A stretch of DNA of 64,000 nucleotides from Candidatus Krumholzibacteriia bacterium (GTDB lineage: Bacteria; Krumholzibacteriota; Krumholzibacteriia; WVZY01; JAKEHA01), in NCBI GenBank assembly GCA_029865265.1, contig JAOUHG010000004.1, forward strand, positions 89,835 to 153,834. The letters are read 5' to 3'. The notes under the pieces were generated by a model. That model did not search any database. It saw only the letters and a program-made list of their open reading frames with translations, and was not told the origin of the DNA. Shown here piece after piece: positions 10,353 through 21,100 of this stretch; position 1 is the stretch's first letter; each line of letters starts with the position of its first letter. The position numbers and the translations under genes were made by a program.

Positions 10353-11138
10353 TTGGAGGCACTGGCGCGCCGCCCCGCCCTCGCCGCGGCGGGGATCGCG
10401 ATGGCGATCGCCCTCGCCTCCGCGACGGCCCTCGCGGCCATCGCCGGGCGCTGGACCCCCGTTTCCGGGCTGTCCGTCGCCGGCTGGACCCTGGCCGGCG
10501 GGACGGCGACGGCGCTCCTGGCCCTGGCGTTCCCGCGCCTGTTTCGACGCCCCGACGGCACCTCCCTCGCGTCCCCGGGCCTCGCCAATGCCCTCACCCT
10601 CACCCGCCTGGTCTGGACCGCCCCGGTGGCGGTGCTCCTGGCCGGTGGGGCATACGGAACCGCCCTGGCCCTCTACGCCCTGCTCCTCGCGACCGACATC
10701 GTGGACGGGATCGTGGCGCGGGCACGCCGTGAAGTCAGCGTGTTCGGCGTCGTCGCGGATCCCGTGGCCGACGTGATATCGACGTTCGCCGTGTTCAGTG
10801 TCTTTGTGGTCGACAATCTCGTGCCCTTGTGGCTATACCTCTTGCTGGCGGCGCGTTACGCCATGCTGCTGGCCGGATCGGCCATCCTGACCGCGCTGGC
10901 GGGTCCCATTGCCTACCGCGCAACGGTCGCCGGCAAGATCGTCGGCGTGGTGCAGGGTGTCGGTGCGGGCCTGATCATCTGGGGCGCGGGGGGACTGCAA
11001 CCGGGTCTGGCCCGGGCGGTATTTGCCGTTCTCGGCCTCGGATTTGCTTCTGTTATCGTGTCCCAGGGCTACATCGGCTGGCGTCACATCCGCAAAACGA
11101 CACGCGGAAGGACAGTTCAAGGTGGATCTTCGCGGTAA
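10353..11138 (+). CDS. CDP-alcohol phosphatidyltransferase family membrane protein
   Basis: Motif D.VDG.VAR......GVVADPVAD equals D-G-x2-A-R-x8-G-x3-D-x3-D. Multiple TM helices. TTG at 10353 directly abuts the ppdK stop. An alternative ATG lies at 10401. Confidence 0.6.
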   Translation: MEALARRPALAAAGIAMAIALASATALAAIAGRWTPVSGLSVAGWTLAGGTATALLALAFPRLFRRPDGTSLASPGLANALTLTRLVWTAPVAVLLAGGAYGTALALYALLLATDIVDGIVARARREVSVFGVVADPVADVISTFAVFSVFVVDNLVPLWLYLLLAARYAMLLAGSAILTALAGPIAYRATVAGKIVGVVQGVGAGLIIWGAGGLQPGLARAVFAVLGLGFASVIVSQGYIGWRHIRKTTRGRTVQGGSSR

Positions 11139-11607
11139 TCTCGCCATTTTCGGGCCTATTTCGGTCCTGCAGCTCATCAATCTGGAGCAATCCAGCGGGG
11201 AGCTCACGTTCGAGAGCCACGGCAATACCGCTCGCATCTACTTCGAGCGGGGCAGTGTTACCTACGCAGAAATTGCCGACCGCAAGATGAAGCTGGGCGA
11301 GTACCTGCTCGCGCAGGGGCTGATTACGCGCGAGGCGCTGGACCGGGGCCTCGACGCGCAGGGGTTGCGCCGCCGCCTCGGTGCTGTGCTGGTGGAGATG
11401 GGCGCCATCGACGCCACCGCACTCACCCGCGCCATCGAGGAACAGATCAAAGAGGTGGTATACGAAGTGGTCCGCTGGCGTGGCGGGCGTTTCCGTTTCA
11501 CCAGCGGGCGCAAGCCCAAGTCGCAGGACGTCTTCATCGACATTCCGCTCGACCACCTCATCCTCGAGGGACTCAAACGCCTCGACGAAGAGGGAGTGCG
11601 GCGGTGA
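11121..11607 (+). CDS. DUF4388-like domain protein
   Basis: LRGNLAIFGPISVLQLINLEQSSGELTFESHGNTARIYFERGSVTYAE matches the DUF4388 pattern (G.L..F.L..LLQ.L......G.L.......G.I.F..G.I.). Start is uncertain (GTG 11121, or earlier from 11023). Overlaps the end of the previous gene. Confidence 0.5.
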
Positions 11608-12707
11608 ACTTTCGACGACTGGCTCCCGGCCTCGTCGCGCTGATCGTCCTCCACCCCGCCACTGCCCTCGCCACCACGGCGGCCTCGCTTTCCGGCCGCA
11701 TCCACCTGGACGGACGCCTCGACGATTACGCCGCGGACGAGTGGATACTCGATGCCACCAGTGCGTTCCCCGAGCACGACGACGACTCGCGATGGGGCAA
11801 TGACAACGACGTGTCGCGCGTGGCAATCACCTGGGACGACGCGCGTCTCTACCTGGCGGTCGATTTCACCGCCGCGGCCACGGGCGTGATGGTGATGATC
11901 GGCAGCGGACCGGGGGGCATCGCGTCGCTCGATGCCACCGGGGATTTTCGCCGCGCCATCGACCTTCCCTTCGCACCCAACCTTCTGCTGCTCGCGACGC
12001 CCACGTCCGATCCGCTGGCGGCGCGCGCCGACGCCACCCACGCGTTCGGGTTGGTGGACCGCGCCACGCTCCCTGCCGTCGTGTCGTCGTCGGCGGGTGC
12101 CGCGGGGTTCGAGGCGTGGATCCCGTGGACGCTGCTGGACGTGTCGCGCCCGCTGCGCGTCGTGGTGGTCATCACCGGAGACGCCGCAAGCGGGGCGGGG
12201 GATGCGGCGCCGGACTCCCGCGTCGCGCTCTCCCAGGACCGTTACGCACGCGCCTCCCTCGACCGCTGGATCACGCTGACACCCGATGCCGACGGCGACG
12301 GCGGTGCCGACGCCGGCGTGGCCCCGCGCGCGGCGGCGAGCGTGCAGCCGGGCACCGCGCCGGTTGCCGAGCGCGGTGACGCGGGCATCGACATCTATGT
12401 CGACCCGGGCGCGTTCGCGCCCGACCGTGGCGAGAGCGCCGTGTTCACGGCATACTGTCCCGCTGGCCCCATGCAGGACGTGTCCGGAAGCTGCATCATA
12501 TTCGCCATGGACGGCCGCCGCATCCGCACCTTCCCGCTGTCGGCGGCGGGGCCGGTGGCAAACATGAAAGCGTCGTGGGACGGACGCGACGACGGCGGCG
12601 GCGCGTGCGACGCCGGCATCTACCTGGCAGCCTTCGACCTGGAGTTCACCGTGGACGGGACACGCCAGCAGGCCCGCAAGCGCAGCGGCGTTGCGGTGGT
12701 GAGATAG
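11604..12707 (+). CDS. secreted hypothetical protein with T9SS-CTD-like C-terminus
   Basis: Signal peptide LVALIVLHPATALATTA. C-terminus reads CIIFAMDGRRIRTFPL...ASWDGRDDGGGACDAGIYLAAFDLEF. GTG start overlaps the previous stop (GTGA). Confidence 0.6.
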   Translation: MNFRRLAPGLVALIVLHPATALATTAASLSGRIHLDGRLDDYAADEWILDATSAFPEHDDDSRWGNDNDVSRVAITWDDARLYLAVDFTAAATGVMVMIGSGPGGIASLDATGDFRRAIDLPFAPNLLLLATPTSDPLAARADATHAFGLVDRATLPAVVSSSAGAAGFEAWIPWTLLDVSRPLRVVVVITGDAASGAGDAAPDSRVALSQDRYARASLDRWITLTPDADGDGGADAGVAPRAAASVQPGTAPVAERGDAGIDIYVDPGAFAPDRGESAVFTAYCPAGPMQDVSGSCIIFAMDGRRIRTFPLSAAGPVANMKASWDGRDDGGGACDAGIYLAAFDLEFTVDGTRQQARKRSGVAVVR

Positions 12708-12709
12708 CC

Positions 12710-13591
12710 GTGCGGCGCGTGACGCGCTTGCTGGCCGCGTTGCTCATGGCCGCGGCGGTGCCCGCCCCGGCTCAGGCCTACTTTGAGAACGCACTCCTGT
12801 CCGCGCGCACCGCCTCGCTCGGCGGTGCGTTCGTCGCCATCGCGGACGATCCCTCCACGGTCATCGACAACGCGGCCGGACTCACCGGTATCACCGTACC
12901 GTCCTTCATGTTCACCTGGCAGAATCCATACGGGGTCGACGGCCTCGACGAGGGGTTCGCGTCCGCCGCGCTGCCCGCGGGCCCGGTGGCGCTGGGTGCC
13001 GCGTGGTTTCATCGCGGCCTGGACGGGGCGCTTTCCGAGGACATGCTCACGCTGTCGGTGGCCCGCGATCTCAAGCGCACCGCGGAGGATGCATCGCTCT
13101 CCATCGGTTTGAGCGTTGAGCTGGCGCGCGTTTCCGCCCGGGCCGGAATCGACGAGTCGGCCACCGCGTTCGGTCTGGGCGCGTCCGTGCTGCTGCGTCC
13201 CTTCGCATTCATCGGAATGGGCTACTCGCTGCAATCCGTCAACCAGCCCCAGCTCGACCTGGTTGCGGGTGGCACCTCGACACCGTTGCGCCGTACGCAG
13301 GCGGCGGGTCTGTCCTACTACTGGGACCAGCGGCTCACGGTGACGGTGGAGACACACGAGGGCGCCGATGGGATCTGGCGCGGACGCGGTGGCATCGAGC
13401 TCGACGCGAGCCGCCACCTCGCCCTGCGCGCCGGCCTCGACGATTCCCGCGCCACGGCCGGGTTCGGCGTGGCGTGGAAGCGGGTTGTGTTCGACGCGGC
13501 CATGCGCTCGCACGAGACGCTCGGTGCGAGCTACGTGGTATCGCTGCGCTACTCGCTCGCTTCCGGGGAGGTGTCGCGTGTCGCGCCGTGA
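12710..13591 (+). CDS. PorV/FadL-like outer-membrane beta-barrel protein
   Basis: GTG 3 nt after the previous stop. Signal peptide LLAALLMAAAVPAPAQA. Mature N-terminus YFENALLSARTASLGGAFVAIADDPSTVIDNAAGL matches the ..A.GGAF.A.ADDASA...NPAGL signature of PorV/PorQ/FadL-type barrels. Alternating beta-strand pattern throughout. Confidence 0.65.
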   Translation: MRRVTRLLAALLMAAAVPAPAQAYFENALLSARTASLGGAFVAIADDPSTVIDNAAGLTGITVPSFMFTWQNPYGVDGLDEGFASAALPAGPVALGAAWFHRGLDGALSEDMLTLSVARDLKRTAEDASLSIGLSVELARVSARAGIDESATAFGLGASVLLRPFAFIGMGYSLQSVNQPQLDLVAGGTSTPLRRTQAAGLSYYWDQRLTVTVETHEGADGIWRGRGGIELDASRHLALRAGLDDSRATAGFGVAWKRVVFDAAMRSHETLGASYVVSLRYSLASGEVSRVAP

Positions 13592-15053
13592 CGCAGCGCT
13601 CGTCGTGGTGGCGCTGGCCGTCCTCGCGGCGGCATCGCCCGTGGCCGCCGCCGGGGGCGACGGCCCGCTGGTTCCGGTTGCCGCGCGCGCGCGCCTCGAT
13701 TTGAATCTGGTGGCCGCCGAGGGCACCGCGCCGTGGAGCTGGGATGCGCAGTCGCGCTCGCCGCTGGACATGTCGCGCTTCATGGCCGACCTCACCGCGG
13801 GCGATGGCGGGATGGGCGTGCTCTACCTCAAGGGTGCCGCCAACTGGGACGATGCGGACGACGCGCAGGGCCGCGTTGCCTTCACCCTCGAGCAGGGCGA
13901 CTACCTGTACCGGCACGCGCTCGGCGGCGGCGTTCTGTCGGCGCGCCTGTTCGACGACGAGCGGCGCTACTTCACCGGGGAACTGGGCACGGTGCTCATG
14001 CAGGACGACGTGGTGCAGGCGTTCGAGCATCGCTTCGGTATCCGCGTGAACGCCACGCGCGGTTCCCTGGGCGCGGACTACCTGGCGTCTTCACTGGACA
14101 GCGGGCTTGAAACGCAGGTGCTGCAGCGTGGCGCGCTGCGCATGTCATCCACGTTTGCGCACGTGGGCGTTGCCTACCAGCACACCAATCCCGAACAGGG
14201 CGAGGATCGGGCGGTGGTTCAGGCGGAGGCGGCGGCGTACTACCGACGGCTGACCGGCATCGTCTCGTTTGCGCAATCCGGACCGGGCAGCGGGTTCTTC
14301 TATCCGTCGGGATCGTTCGATGCGGACGGAAACGGCTATGTGGCCGCGGCGCCGGAGAACTCGGCGACCTCCCTCGAGGCGCGTGTGCGCCGCCTGGCCA
14401 TCGACGACATCCGCCTGGACGCCATCTACCAGTACCAGGCCACCGGTGTGGCCTACGTCAATGAACTCTCCACCACGCGGCCGGGCAGCGAATCCAACAG
14501 TGCCGGCCTCTACGCCACGCACCGGCTCTATGCGGTGGAGGGGCGGCTGTTCTGGAAGGACGAAACGCGTTTCGAAATTGAAGAGGCGCGCGTGCGTTCG
14601 CTGGAAGCCAGCGCGCGCGCGTTCCTGCGCGACAACTCGCAGTTGCTGCTGCGCGCGGGCGTGCAGCGGCGCGAGTTCCAGGGCCGCGAGGAATCCAATG
14701 CCGGGCTGGTGCAGGGCGGCTATCGCCGCGAACTGCAGCGCTTCATGGGCGGGGTGCAGGCCATGCTGGCCGGCATCGGCGAAGACATCGCGCCGCGCGC
14801 GGGCGTGGAGGCGCGCCTCAACTGGAGTGCGACCAGCGCCCTGTACGCGCGCTGGATCGTTGCGGACGAGAGCGAGCGCGCCAGCGCCATCTACGCGCGG
14901 CTGGAGTTCCGCCCCACCGGCCGCACCTGGGTGACGGTGGCGTACGGGTGGGGAAGTGTGGGAGACGCGCCCGACATGCTGGATGACCGCGACGCCATCC
15001 CCGCCGCCGACACCCGCGACGTGGTCACCGTCACCGTGCGGGGGGATTTCTGA
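13578..15053 (+). CDS. putative outer-membrane beta-barrel protein
   Basis: GTG start overlaps the previous gene by 14 nt. Signal peptide VVVALAVLAAASPVAAA. Alternating amphipathic strands. C-terminal ...TVRGDF (terminal Phe is typical of OMP barrels). Confidence 0.55.
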   Translation: MSRRDAALVVVALAVLAAASPVAAAGGDGPLVPVAARARLDLNLVAAEGTAPWSWDAQSRSPLDMSRFMADLTAGDGGMGVLYLKGAANWDDADDAQGRVAFTLEQGDYLYRHALGGGVLSARLFDDERRYFTGELGTVLMQDDVVQAFEHRFGIRVNATRGSLGADYLASSLDSGLETQVLQRGALRMSSTFAHVGVAYQHTNPEQGEDRAVVQAEAAAYYRRLTGIVSFAQSGPGSGFFYPSGSFDADGNGYVAAAPENSATSLEARVRRLAIDDIRLDAIYQYQATGVAYVNELSTTRPGSESNSAGLYATHRLYAVEGRLFWKDETRFEIEEARVRSLEASARAFLRDNSQLLLRAGVQRREFQGREESNAGLVQGGYRRELQRFMGGVQAMLAGIGEDIAPRAGVEARLNWSATSALYARWIVADESERASAIYARLEFRPTGRTWVTVAYGWGSVGDAPDMLDDRDAIPAADTRDVVTVTVRGDF

Positions 15054-17038
15054 TGCGCGGCCGCGCGTGTGCGTACCGCCTGACCGCGCTGGTGGCGCTG
15101 GCACTTGCCGCGTTGCCCGCAGCACCCGACGCCGCGGTGCGCGTCGACCAGGACGAGGTGATCTTCACGCTCCAGGCGCCGGGGGCGAAGGATGTGTATC
15201 TGGTGGGCGACTTCAACCAGTGGAACCCCACGGTGGAACCGATGGACCGCGACGGTGACCGCTTCGAGGTCGGTCTGTTCCTGGTGGCGGGAAACTACCG
15301 CTACAAGTTCGTGGTGGACGGCGAGACCATCACCGATCCGGACAACCCCGGCCGATCGCCCGACAAGGGGTCGCCGCTGTCGCTGGTGGAGCGCAGTGGC
15401 GGGCTGATCCTGAGCACGGAGCTGCCCGACGACGCCGCGCCGCCGGCGCGCGCGGAGTTCGGCGTGCGCTACATCGGACGCTTCACGCGCGAGGACGGTG
15501 ACTCGGACAACGCACAGCGCGTGGACGGGTTTGTCGCGGCGACGCTGAGCCGGTTGCACGCGCGCGGTGTGGTGGCGTCGCGCGACTCGTCGTGGTCGTG
15601 GTCGCCCGCCAACGCCGACGTGTATTTCGACCGTGGCTTCGTGGAAGTCGACGCCGGCAAACTTTGCATCCGCGGCTTTGAAAACGACTCCACCTGGGCG
15701 TCGTCGGATCCCATGCACATTCTGGGTGACGCCGGCGTGTTCGGCTATAACGCTGGCTTCCGCCGCCACGGCGCGTCGGCGGTGGCCACTGCCTCCAAGG
15801 GCGCCCTGCGCGGATTCTACGCCGACGAGACGCATCGCACCCCCGACGGCCGGGAGGCGCAACCCGTGTTCGGTGACTTCGTGGCCGGCACCGCCGCAGA
15901 TACGAGTGTCTACGCCTACGTGCCCACCTTCGACGGGTCCGATGCCGCGGCGCTCGAGGCGACCCTGTCGTTCGCCGGCGGTGCCGCGGGCTACAGCTAC
16001 CGTTCAGAACGGGGCGTCAACCCGGGCCGGGTGGTGGAGGTTGAGCGCGATGGTGCCGGTTTCGAAACGGACAACTACGCGACGCGCGAGGACCGCAACG
16101 CGTCGTCCCTGTGGCTGGCGTATGATGTTGGCAAGAAGCTGCGATTGACCGGCGCCTACGGGTGGGGCGGCATGAAGGCGCGCGCGTTTGCGGTCGCCGC
16201 CGATTCGAGTGCGGTGCCGTCACCCGTGTTCCCGGGCGCGGGGCAGCCGGTGGACACCGCGTTTCCGCTGGGTGAGACCGACCGCGTGGTGGCGACGCTC
16301 GCGGCGCGGGGCGATGGTGCCGGCGGCTCGCTGCGATGGGATTACACGCGCTTCGAGTTCGACGGTGTGGTGGGGGATGCGCGCGCCGACGTGCATCGCA
16401 CAACGCTCGCCGGACATGGCGCGTGGAGGGGCTGGTCGCTCACCGGTTCGGCGCAGGTCACCCGCGCGGACTACGGTGACACGCCCGATGCGATGCACAT
16501 CGACTGGCCCGAACAGAACGTGTGGCTTTCGTTGTGGGATGACTTCAGCGGCGAACGGCTCGCGGCCCTGAGCCTGGACAACTACAGCGTGTACCGGGGC
16601 GGCGCAACGCTGGAAGGCGGAACCCTGGGCGGCGGCGTCGACGCCACCGCGGTGGCGTCGGATCTGGTGGGGGCGCTCGCGCAGGCCACCGCGCACGCCG
16701 AGGTGGAGTGGCGCATCGCCGGACCCTGGCGCGCGCAGGCCGACGGACGCGCCGCGTGGTACCAGGGCGACCGCTGGTACGGTGCGGTGTACATCGAGGC
16801 CGGCTACCGGACGCACCGCCTCGACGCCAGCATCGGCTTCGGGTTCGACCCGTCGGCCTTCGACCCGGTGATCAACGACTACGCGAACACCGCGCGCGAG
16901 CGGCAGTTGCGCGACGCGCTGAACGGCGGCTTTGCGCGCAGCCGCGCTTCCGAAATCACATCCGGCGTGCGCGCCAGCGAGCGCTTCATGGAGGATACGC
17001 GTGCGATCAAGGTTGAAATCATTGTCCATCTGCCGTAA
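15053..17038 (+). CDS. secreted protein with N-terminal CBM48/AMPK-glycogen-binding-like domain and large C-terminal beta-rich domain
   Basis: ATG shares one nt with the previous TGA. Signal peptide present. VYLVGDFNQWNP...GNYRYKFVVDGETITDPDNP is the classic CBM48/AMPK1_CBM signature. Confidence 0.6.
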   Translation: MRGRACAYRLTALVALALAALPAAPDAAVRVDQDEVIFTLQAPGAKDVYLVGDFNQWNPTVEPMDRDGDRFEVGLFLVAGNYRYKFVVDGETITDPDNPGRSPDKGSPLSLVERSGGLILSTELPDDAAPPARAEFGVRYIGRFTREDGDSDNAQRVDGFVAATLSRLHARGVVASRDSSWSWSPANADVYFDRGFVEVDAGKLCIRGFENDSTWASSDPMHILGDAGVFGYNAGFRRHGASAVATASKGALRGFYADETHRTPDGREAQPVFGDFVAGTAADTSVYAYVPTFDGSDAAALEATLSFAGGAAGYSYRSERGVNPGRVVEVERDGAGFETDNYATREDRNASSLWLAYDVGKKLRLTGAYGWGGMKARAFAVAADSSAVPSPVFPGAGQPVDTAFPLGETDRVVATLAARGDGAGGSLRWDYTRFEFDGVVGDARADVHRTTLAGHGAWRGWSLTGSAQVTRADYGDTPDAMHIDWPEQNVWLSLWDDFSGERLAALSLDNYSVYRGGATLEGGTLGGGVDATAVASDLVGALAQATAHAEVEWRIAGPWRAQADGRAAWYQGDRWYGAVYIEAGYRTHRLDASIGFGFDPSAFDPVINDYANTARERQLRDALNGGFARSRASEITSGVRASERFMEDTRAIKVEIIVHLP

Positions 17039-17048
17039 GAAACGCGGT

Positions 17049-17468
17049 ATGACCGTGCGCCCGGGCTGGCTGGTGGTGGCGGCGCTCGTCGCCGCGGGCT
17101 GCGCGTCGCTCGCGCCGCGCTCGCGCATCGCCGGGCCGGTGTCGGAAGGCGACGGGGTGCGCTTCGTGTACTTCGCGCCCACGGCGCACCGCGTGCAGCT
17201 GGCCGGCAGCTGGCCCGAGAACAACTGGGCCCGTGGGGACGGGTCGGTGGGGGAGGCCAACATCGGCCTGATGGCCGACGACGATGGCGACGGGATGTGG
17301 GAGATCACGGTGCCGCTGCCGGAGGGCCGGCACCAGTACCTGTTCTGGGTGGACGAGGCCACCTGGGCGCTCGACCCGGGCAACCCCGTACAGGTGGAGG
17401 CCGGACCGGCGGGGCGGGCCTCTGAGGTTGTTCTGGTGGCGCGAGGCGCCGAAATGGAGATCCGATGA
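17049..17468 (+). CDS. small lipoprotein with CBM48-like domain
   Basis: Lipobox LVAAGCAS. VRFVYFAPTAHRVQLAGSWPENNW...GRHQYLFWVDEATWALDPGNP. Confidence 0.65.
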   Translation: MTVRPGWLVVAALVAAGCASLAPRSRIAGPVSEGDGVRFVYFAPTAHRVQLAGSWPENNWARGDGSVGEANIGLMADDDGDGMWEITVPLPEGRHQYLFWVDEATWALDPGNPVQVEAGPAGRASEVVLVARGAEMEIR

Positions 17469-17836
17469 AATCCGGGGTGGTGTTTGCGATGTTCGTCCTG
17501 GTGTTGGCTGGTTGCGCCGGTCCCAAGCCGCCGCCGCGTACCGGCGGGCCGGAACTGGTGGGCGGCGGGGCGCTGTTCCGCTACCGAAACTCTGATGCCA
17601 AAAAGGTTTACCTCGTTGGGGACTTCAACGACTGGGCCCCCTCCACCGACCCCATGACCGACGAGAACGGTGACGGGGAATGGACCCTTTTCTACCCCCT
17701 GGGGCCGGGCCGCTACGCCTACAAGTTCGTGGTCGATGGCCGCTCCTGGATTGCCGACCCCACCAACCCGGAGACGGAGGCGGACGGCTTCGACGGCTGG
17801 AACTCGGTGCTGGTCATCCCCGAGCTGACCCCCTGA
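17465..17836 (+). CDS. small lipoprotein with CBM48/AMPK-GBD-like domain
   Basis: ATGA overlap with the previous gene. Lipobox VLVLAGCAG. KVYLVGDFNDWAP...GRYAYKFVVDGRSWIADPTNP. Confidence 0.7.
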   Translation: MKSGVVFAMFVLVLAGCAGPKPPPRTGGPELVGGGALFRYRNSDAKKVYLVGDFNDWAPSTDPMTDENGDGEWTLFYPLGPGRYAYKFVVDGRSWIADPTNPETEADGFDGWNSVLVIPELTP

Positions 17837-17899
17837 TCGGGGTAATTCCCCCGGATTCCGCGTCGGGGTGTGGGGTTTCCGCTGATTCCTCGTGGGGTA

Positions 17900-17928
17900 T
17901 TGCGCGCGGCGGCGGGTGCTGGTAGCAT
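17900..17928 (+). promoter_or_regulatory. candidate promoter TTGCGC-N17-TAGCAT in 273-nt leader of the giant gene
   Basis: Sigma70-like spacing. Followed by an AT-rich patch tagtagttaatcaacc in GC-rich surroundings. Confidence 0.3.
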
Positions 17929-18108
17929 AGTAGTTAATCAACCCACAGCTCCAAGGGGCCGCCGCGGTGTGAGTTTGCCCGCCATGGTTGCCCAGGTGCC
18001 GGGCCTGCACGCGCGGGGCATGGGAGTTGCACGTTTGCCCTTAGGAACGTTCCGCCCCCACCCCGGTATTTGCAGATGCTCCCGTCCGTGAACAGGAATT
18101 TTGACGCA

Positions 18109-21100
18109 ATGAACCTCCCCCGCCTCCCGCGCGTCATCACGCTTGCGGCCACGCTGTCACTGGCGTGGGCGGGCGTGCCCGCGGCCGCACCGGGCAGCGG
18201 CACGGCGATTATATCTCCCACCACGATTGCCGCGGGTTCGAGCGGGACGTGGACGATCACCTATACCGCGACTGAGCCCTTCAAGGACGGCACGGTGCGG
18301 CTCACGATCCCGGCCGGATGGACGGCCCCGCAGAATGGGTCCCCCGTCAGTCCCGGCTACGTGTCCGTCTCCACCAACGAGCCAACCGGGAACCCGAGTT
18401 TGGCCCTCGGCGGCTCCCTCATAACGGTAACGGTCGACACGCTGACGGCGGCCAACACGATCACGATCACCTACGGTGTGGGTCCAACCGGCCTCGCACA
18501 GGCCGCCACCAACGACAGTACCTATACATTCGAAATCGCGTCGGACCCGGCGGGCACGGCGACGGCGCTGATTGCGACTTCGCCCACCGTGCAGGTGAAC
18601 CCTGCCGCGCCGGCCTATTTGACCGTTGCGCCCGACGACACCACGGTGACGGCGGGTGACTTCGCACACTACCGGCTCTTCGTCTTCGACACCTTCGGCA
18701 ATCGATCGCCGCTTCCCTCCAGTCGCACCGTCAACTTCTTCCCGACCCACGGGCAGTTCTATCTCACCGATGACGCAACGCCGATCGGCAGCGTGGTGAT
18801 TCCCGCGGCGCAGAGCTCGGTCGAGGTTCACTATCGCGCGACGCTTGCCACCACCGGCACCCCGCACCAGCTGGGGGCGCTGACCCTGACCGGATCGCCG
18901 CAGCTGGGCGGCTCGGCCGATGTCTCCGTGGTGGCGGGGCCGCTGAGCACGGGCAACTCGCTGATCTCGGCGACCACACCGGTGGTTGCCGACGGGATAT
19001 CGCAGAGTTCGGTGGAGGTGACCTCGCGCGACGCCTTCGGCAACCCGCGACAGGGGGATACGGTGACGCTGGGCGTCGACGGCAACGCGGATCCGACCGA
19101 CCCGGGCCCCACGACCGATGGTAACGGCAAAACGTCGGGTGTGGTGACGGACGAAACGGCCGAGACGGTCACGGTGTCGGCCTTCATCAACGCACAACTC
19201 ATCGCGGCGACCGCACCAATCGACTTCGTCGCCGGAGGTGTGAGCGGGGTCACCAGCACGGTGGACGCCACCACGCCGGTGGTTGCCAACGGGGTGGCGA
19301 CGAGTACGATCACGGTGACTGCACGCGATGCGCAGGGGAACCCGGTTTCCGGTCAGGTCGTGACGCTGGCCCTCCTGCCCACCGCCAACGCGGTGCTGAC
19401 GCAGCCGGGCGGCGTCACCAACGGGCTGGGCCAGGTGACGGGAACGCTCACCAGCACGGTGCCGGGGCCGCGCACGATCACGGCGGTGATTGGTGTGACA
19501 CCGCTGATTGACAACGCCGTCGTCAATTTCAACTCGGGGCCGCTGGCGAGCTTCCAGTGGACCGAAGTGGACGGAAATGCGGTGGCGGGGGTTGCGGAAA
19601 CGGTGCGGCTCACGGCGAAGGACGCGCTCGGGAACACGGTCACCGGTTACACCGGAACGGTGACACTGACGGCGTCCAGTGCGGGTTCGGGAACCGTTGC
19701 CTGGGCGTCGCTGGGCATCAACTCAACCGTACCCGCCGGGAACAACACCGCAACGTACACCTTCGCTCCGGGTGACAACGGGACCCTGCAACTCAGCGTT
19801 ACCGATACGCGCGCGGAGTCGATCCAGTTGACCGCGACGGATGGCGTTCCCACCGGCACGTCCGCGTCGATCCTCGTTGGCGCGGCCACAGCGGACAAGG
19901 TGGTGTTCGATGCGGGTAACAACCAGAGCGCCACGGTGAACACGTCGGTAGGAACCCCCCCGCGGGTCCTGGTGACCGACTTCTACAACAACCCGGTGGC
20001 GGGAGCGACGGTGACGTTCCGCGTGATCACAACCGTTACCGGCGTCGGGAGCGTCGATGTGACGGCGGGCGGCGGGGTGGATTCGACGGGGACGACGGAT
20101 GCAGGTGGCTATGTTGACTGCGATGTCTGGCGAATGGGGATCAACGCCGGGAACAACCGCCTGCGTGCGCTCATTTCGTCGGGCAGCGTACCAGGTTTCA
20201 CCTTCAACGCCACGGGCACGGCCGGAGCCGAGAACACGCTCAGCCTTTCTCCCCCCAGCCAGAGCGTCACGGTGGGGGCATTCCAGGTTGTCACGGCAAC
20301 GCTTACCGACGCGTTCGGCAATCCAAAGCCCAACACGCGCGTCGACATCGCGATCACCGCCGCCAACGGGGGCACGCTCGAGGCGGATCCAGGGCACACG
20401 ACGACCCAGCTCAGTCCGACGGCACGCTGGGGCAACACCGACGCGGCAGGCGTCACGACGGTTCGCTTCCGCGCGCCGTCAACCGCGGGCCTTCCCAATA
20501 CTGTCGATGCATCGACATCTGTTATCGGCCAGGGGAGTGTCGCCGATGTGGTGTACACATCGTCCGCCAGCGGTGCCACCAACCTACGCATCACGTTCCA
20601 GGGGGCGTCGACGGCCGCCGCGGGCACCTCCATCGAGTTTCTGGTGGAGGCAATCGATGGAAACCAGAACGTCGATGTCACCAACACGTCGCAGGTCAAT
20701 CTGACGCCCCAGGTTGGCAGTACGCTCGCCTTCAGCCTCGACGACCTCACATTTGAGACCACGCAGTTCAATCTGCAGAGCGGCGCGCGCACCATTTATG
20801 CGCGGGCGACGATGGCGGGGGATTGGAACATCACCGTCGATGGCAGCGGCCTGGGACCCGATACCAAACAGGTGTCGATTACCGACACGGGTGCCATCGA
20901 CCACTACGTCGTGACCACGGTGCCGTCGGTGGTGGCGGGTGTCACCTTCGACGTATCCGTGCAGGCGCGGGACGTCTACGACAACCTCGTGGTCGGTGCC
21001 AACAACGTCGTGAACCTCGTAGCCATCGACGATGTTACCACCAACCCTGCGCTCTCAACGCTGCTAGTCGCCCAGACCACGCTGTCCGGTGGCCTCGCCA

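Noticed and set aside
18020-18050. Possible sigma54 promoter (TTGCACGTTTGCC) upstream of the giant gene
   Set aside because: The -24 GG is absent (TTGCAC rather than TGGCAC), and the spacing to the TTGC element is 3 nt too short.
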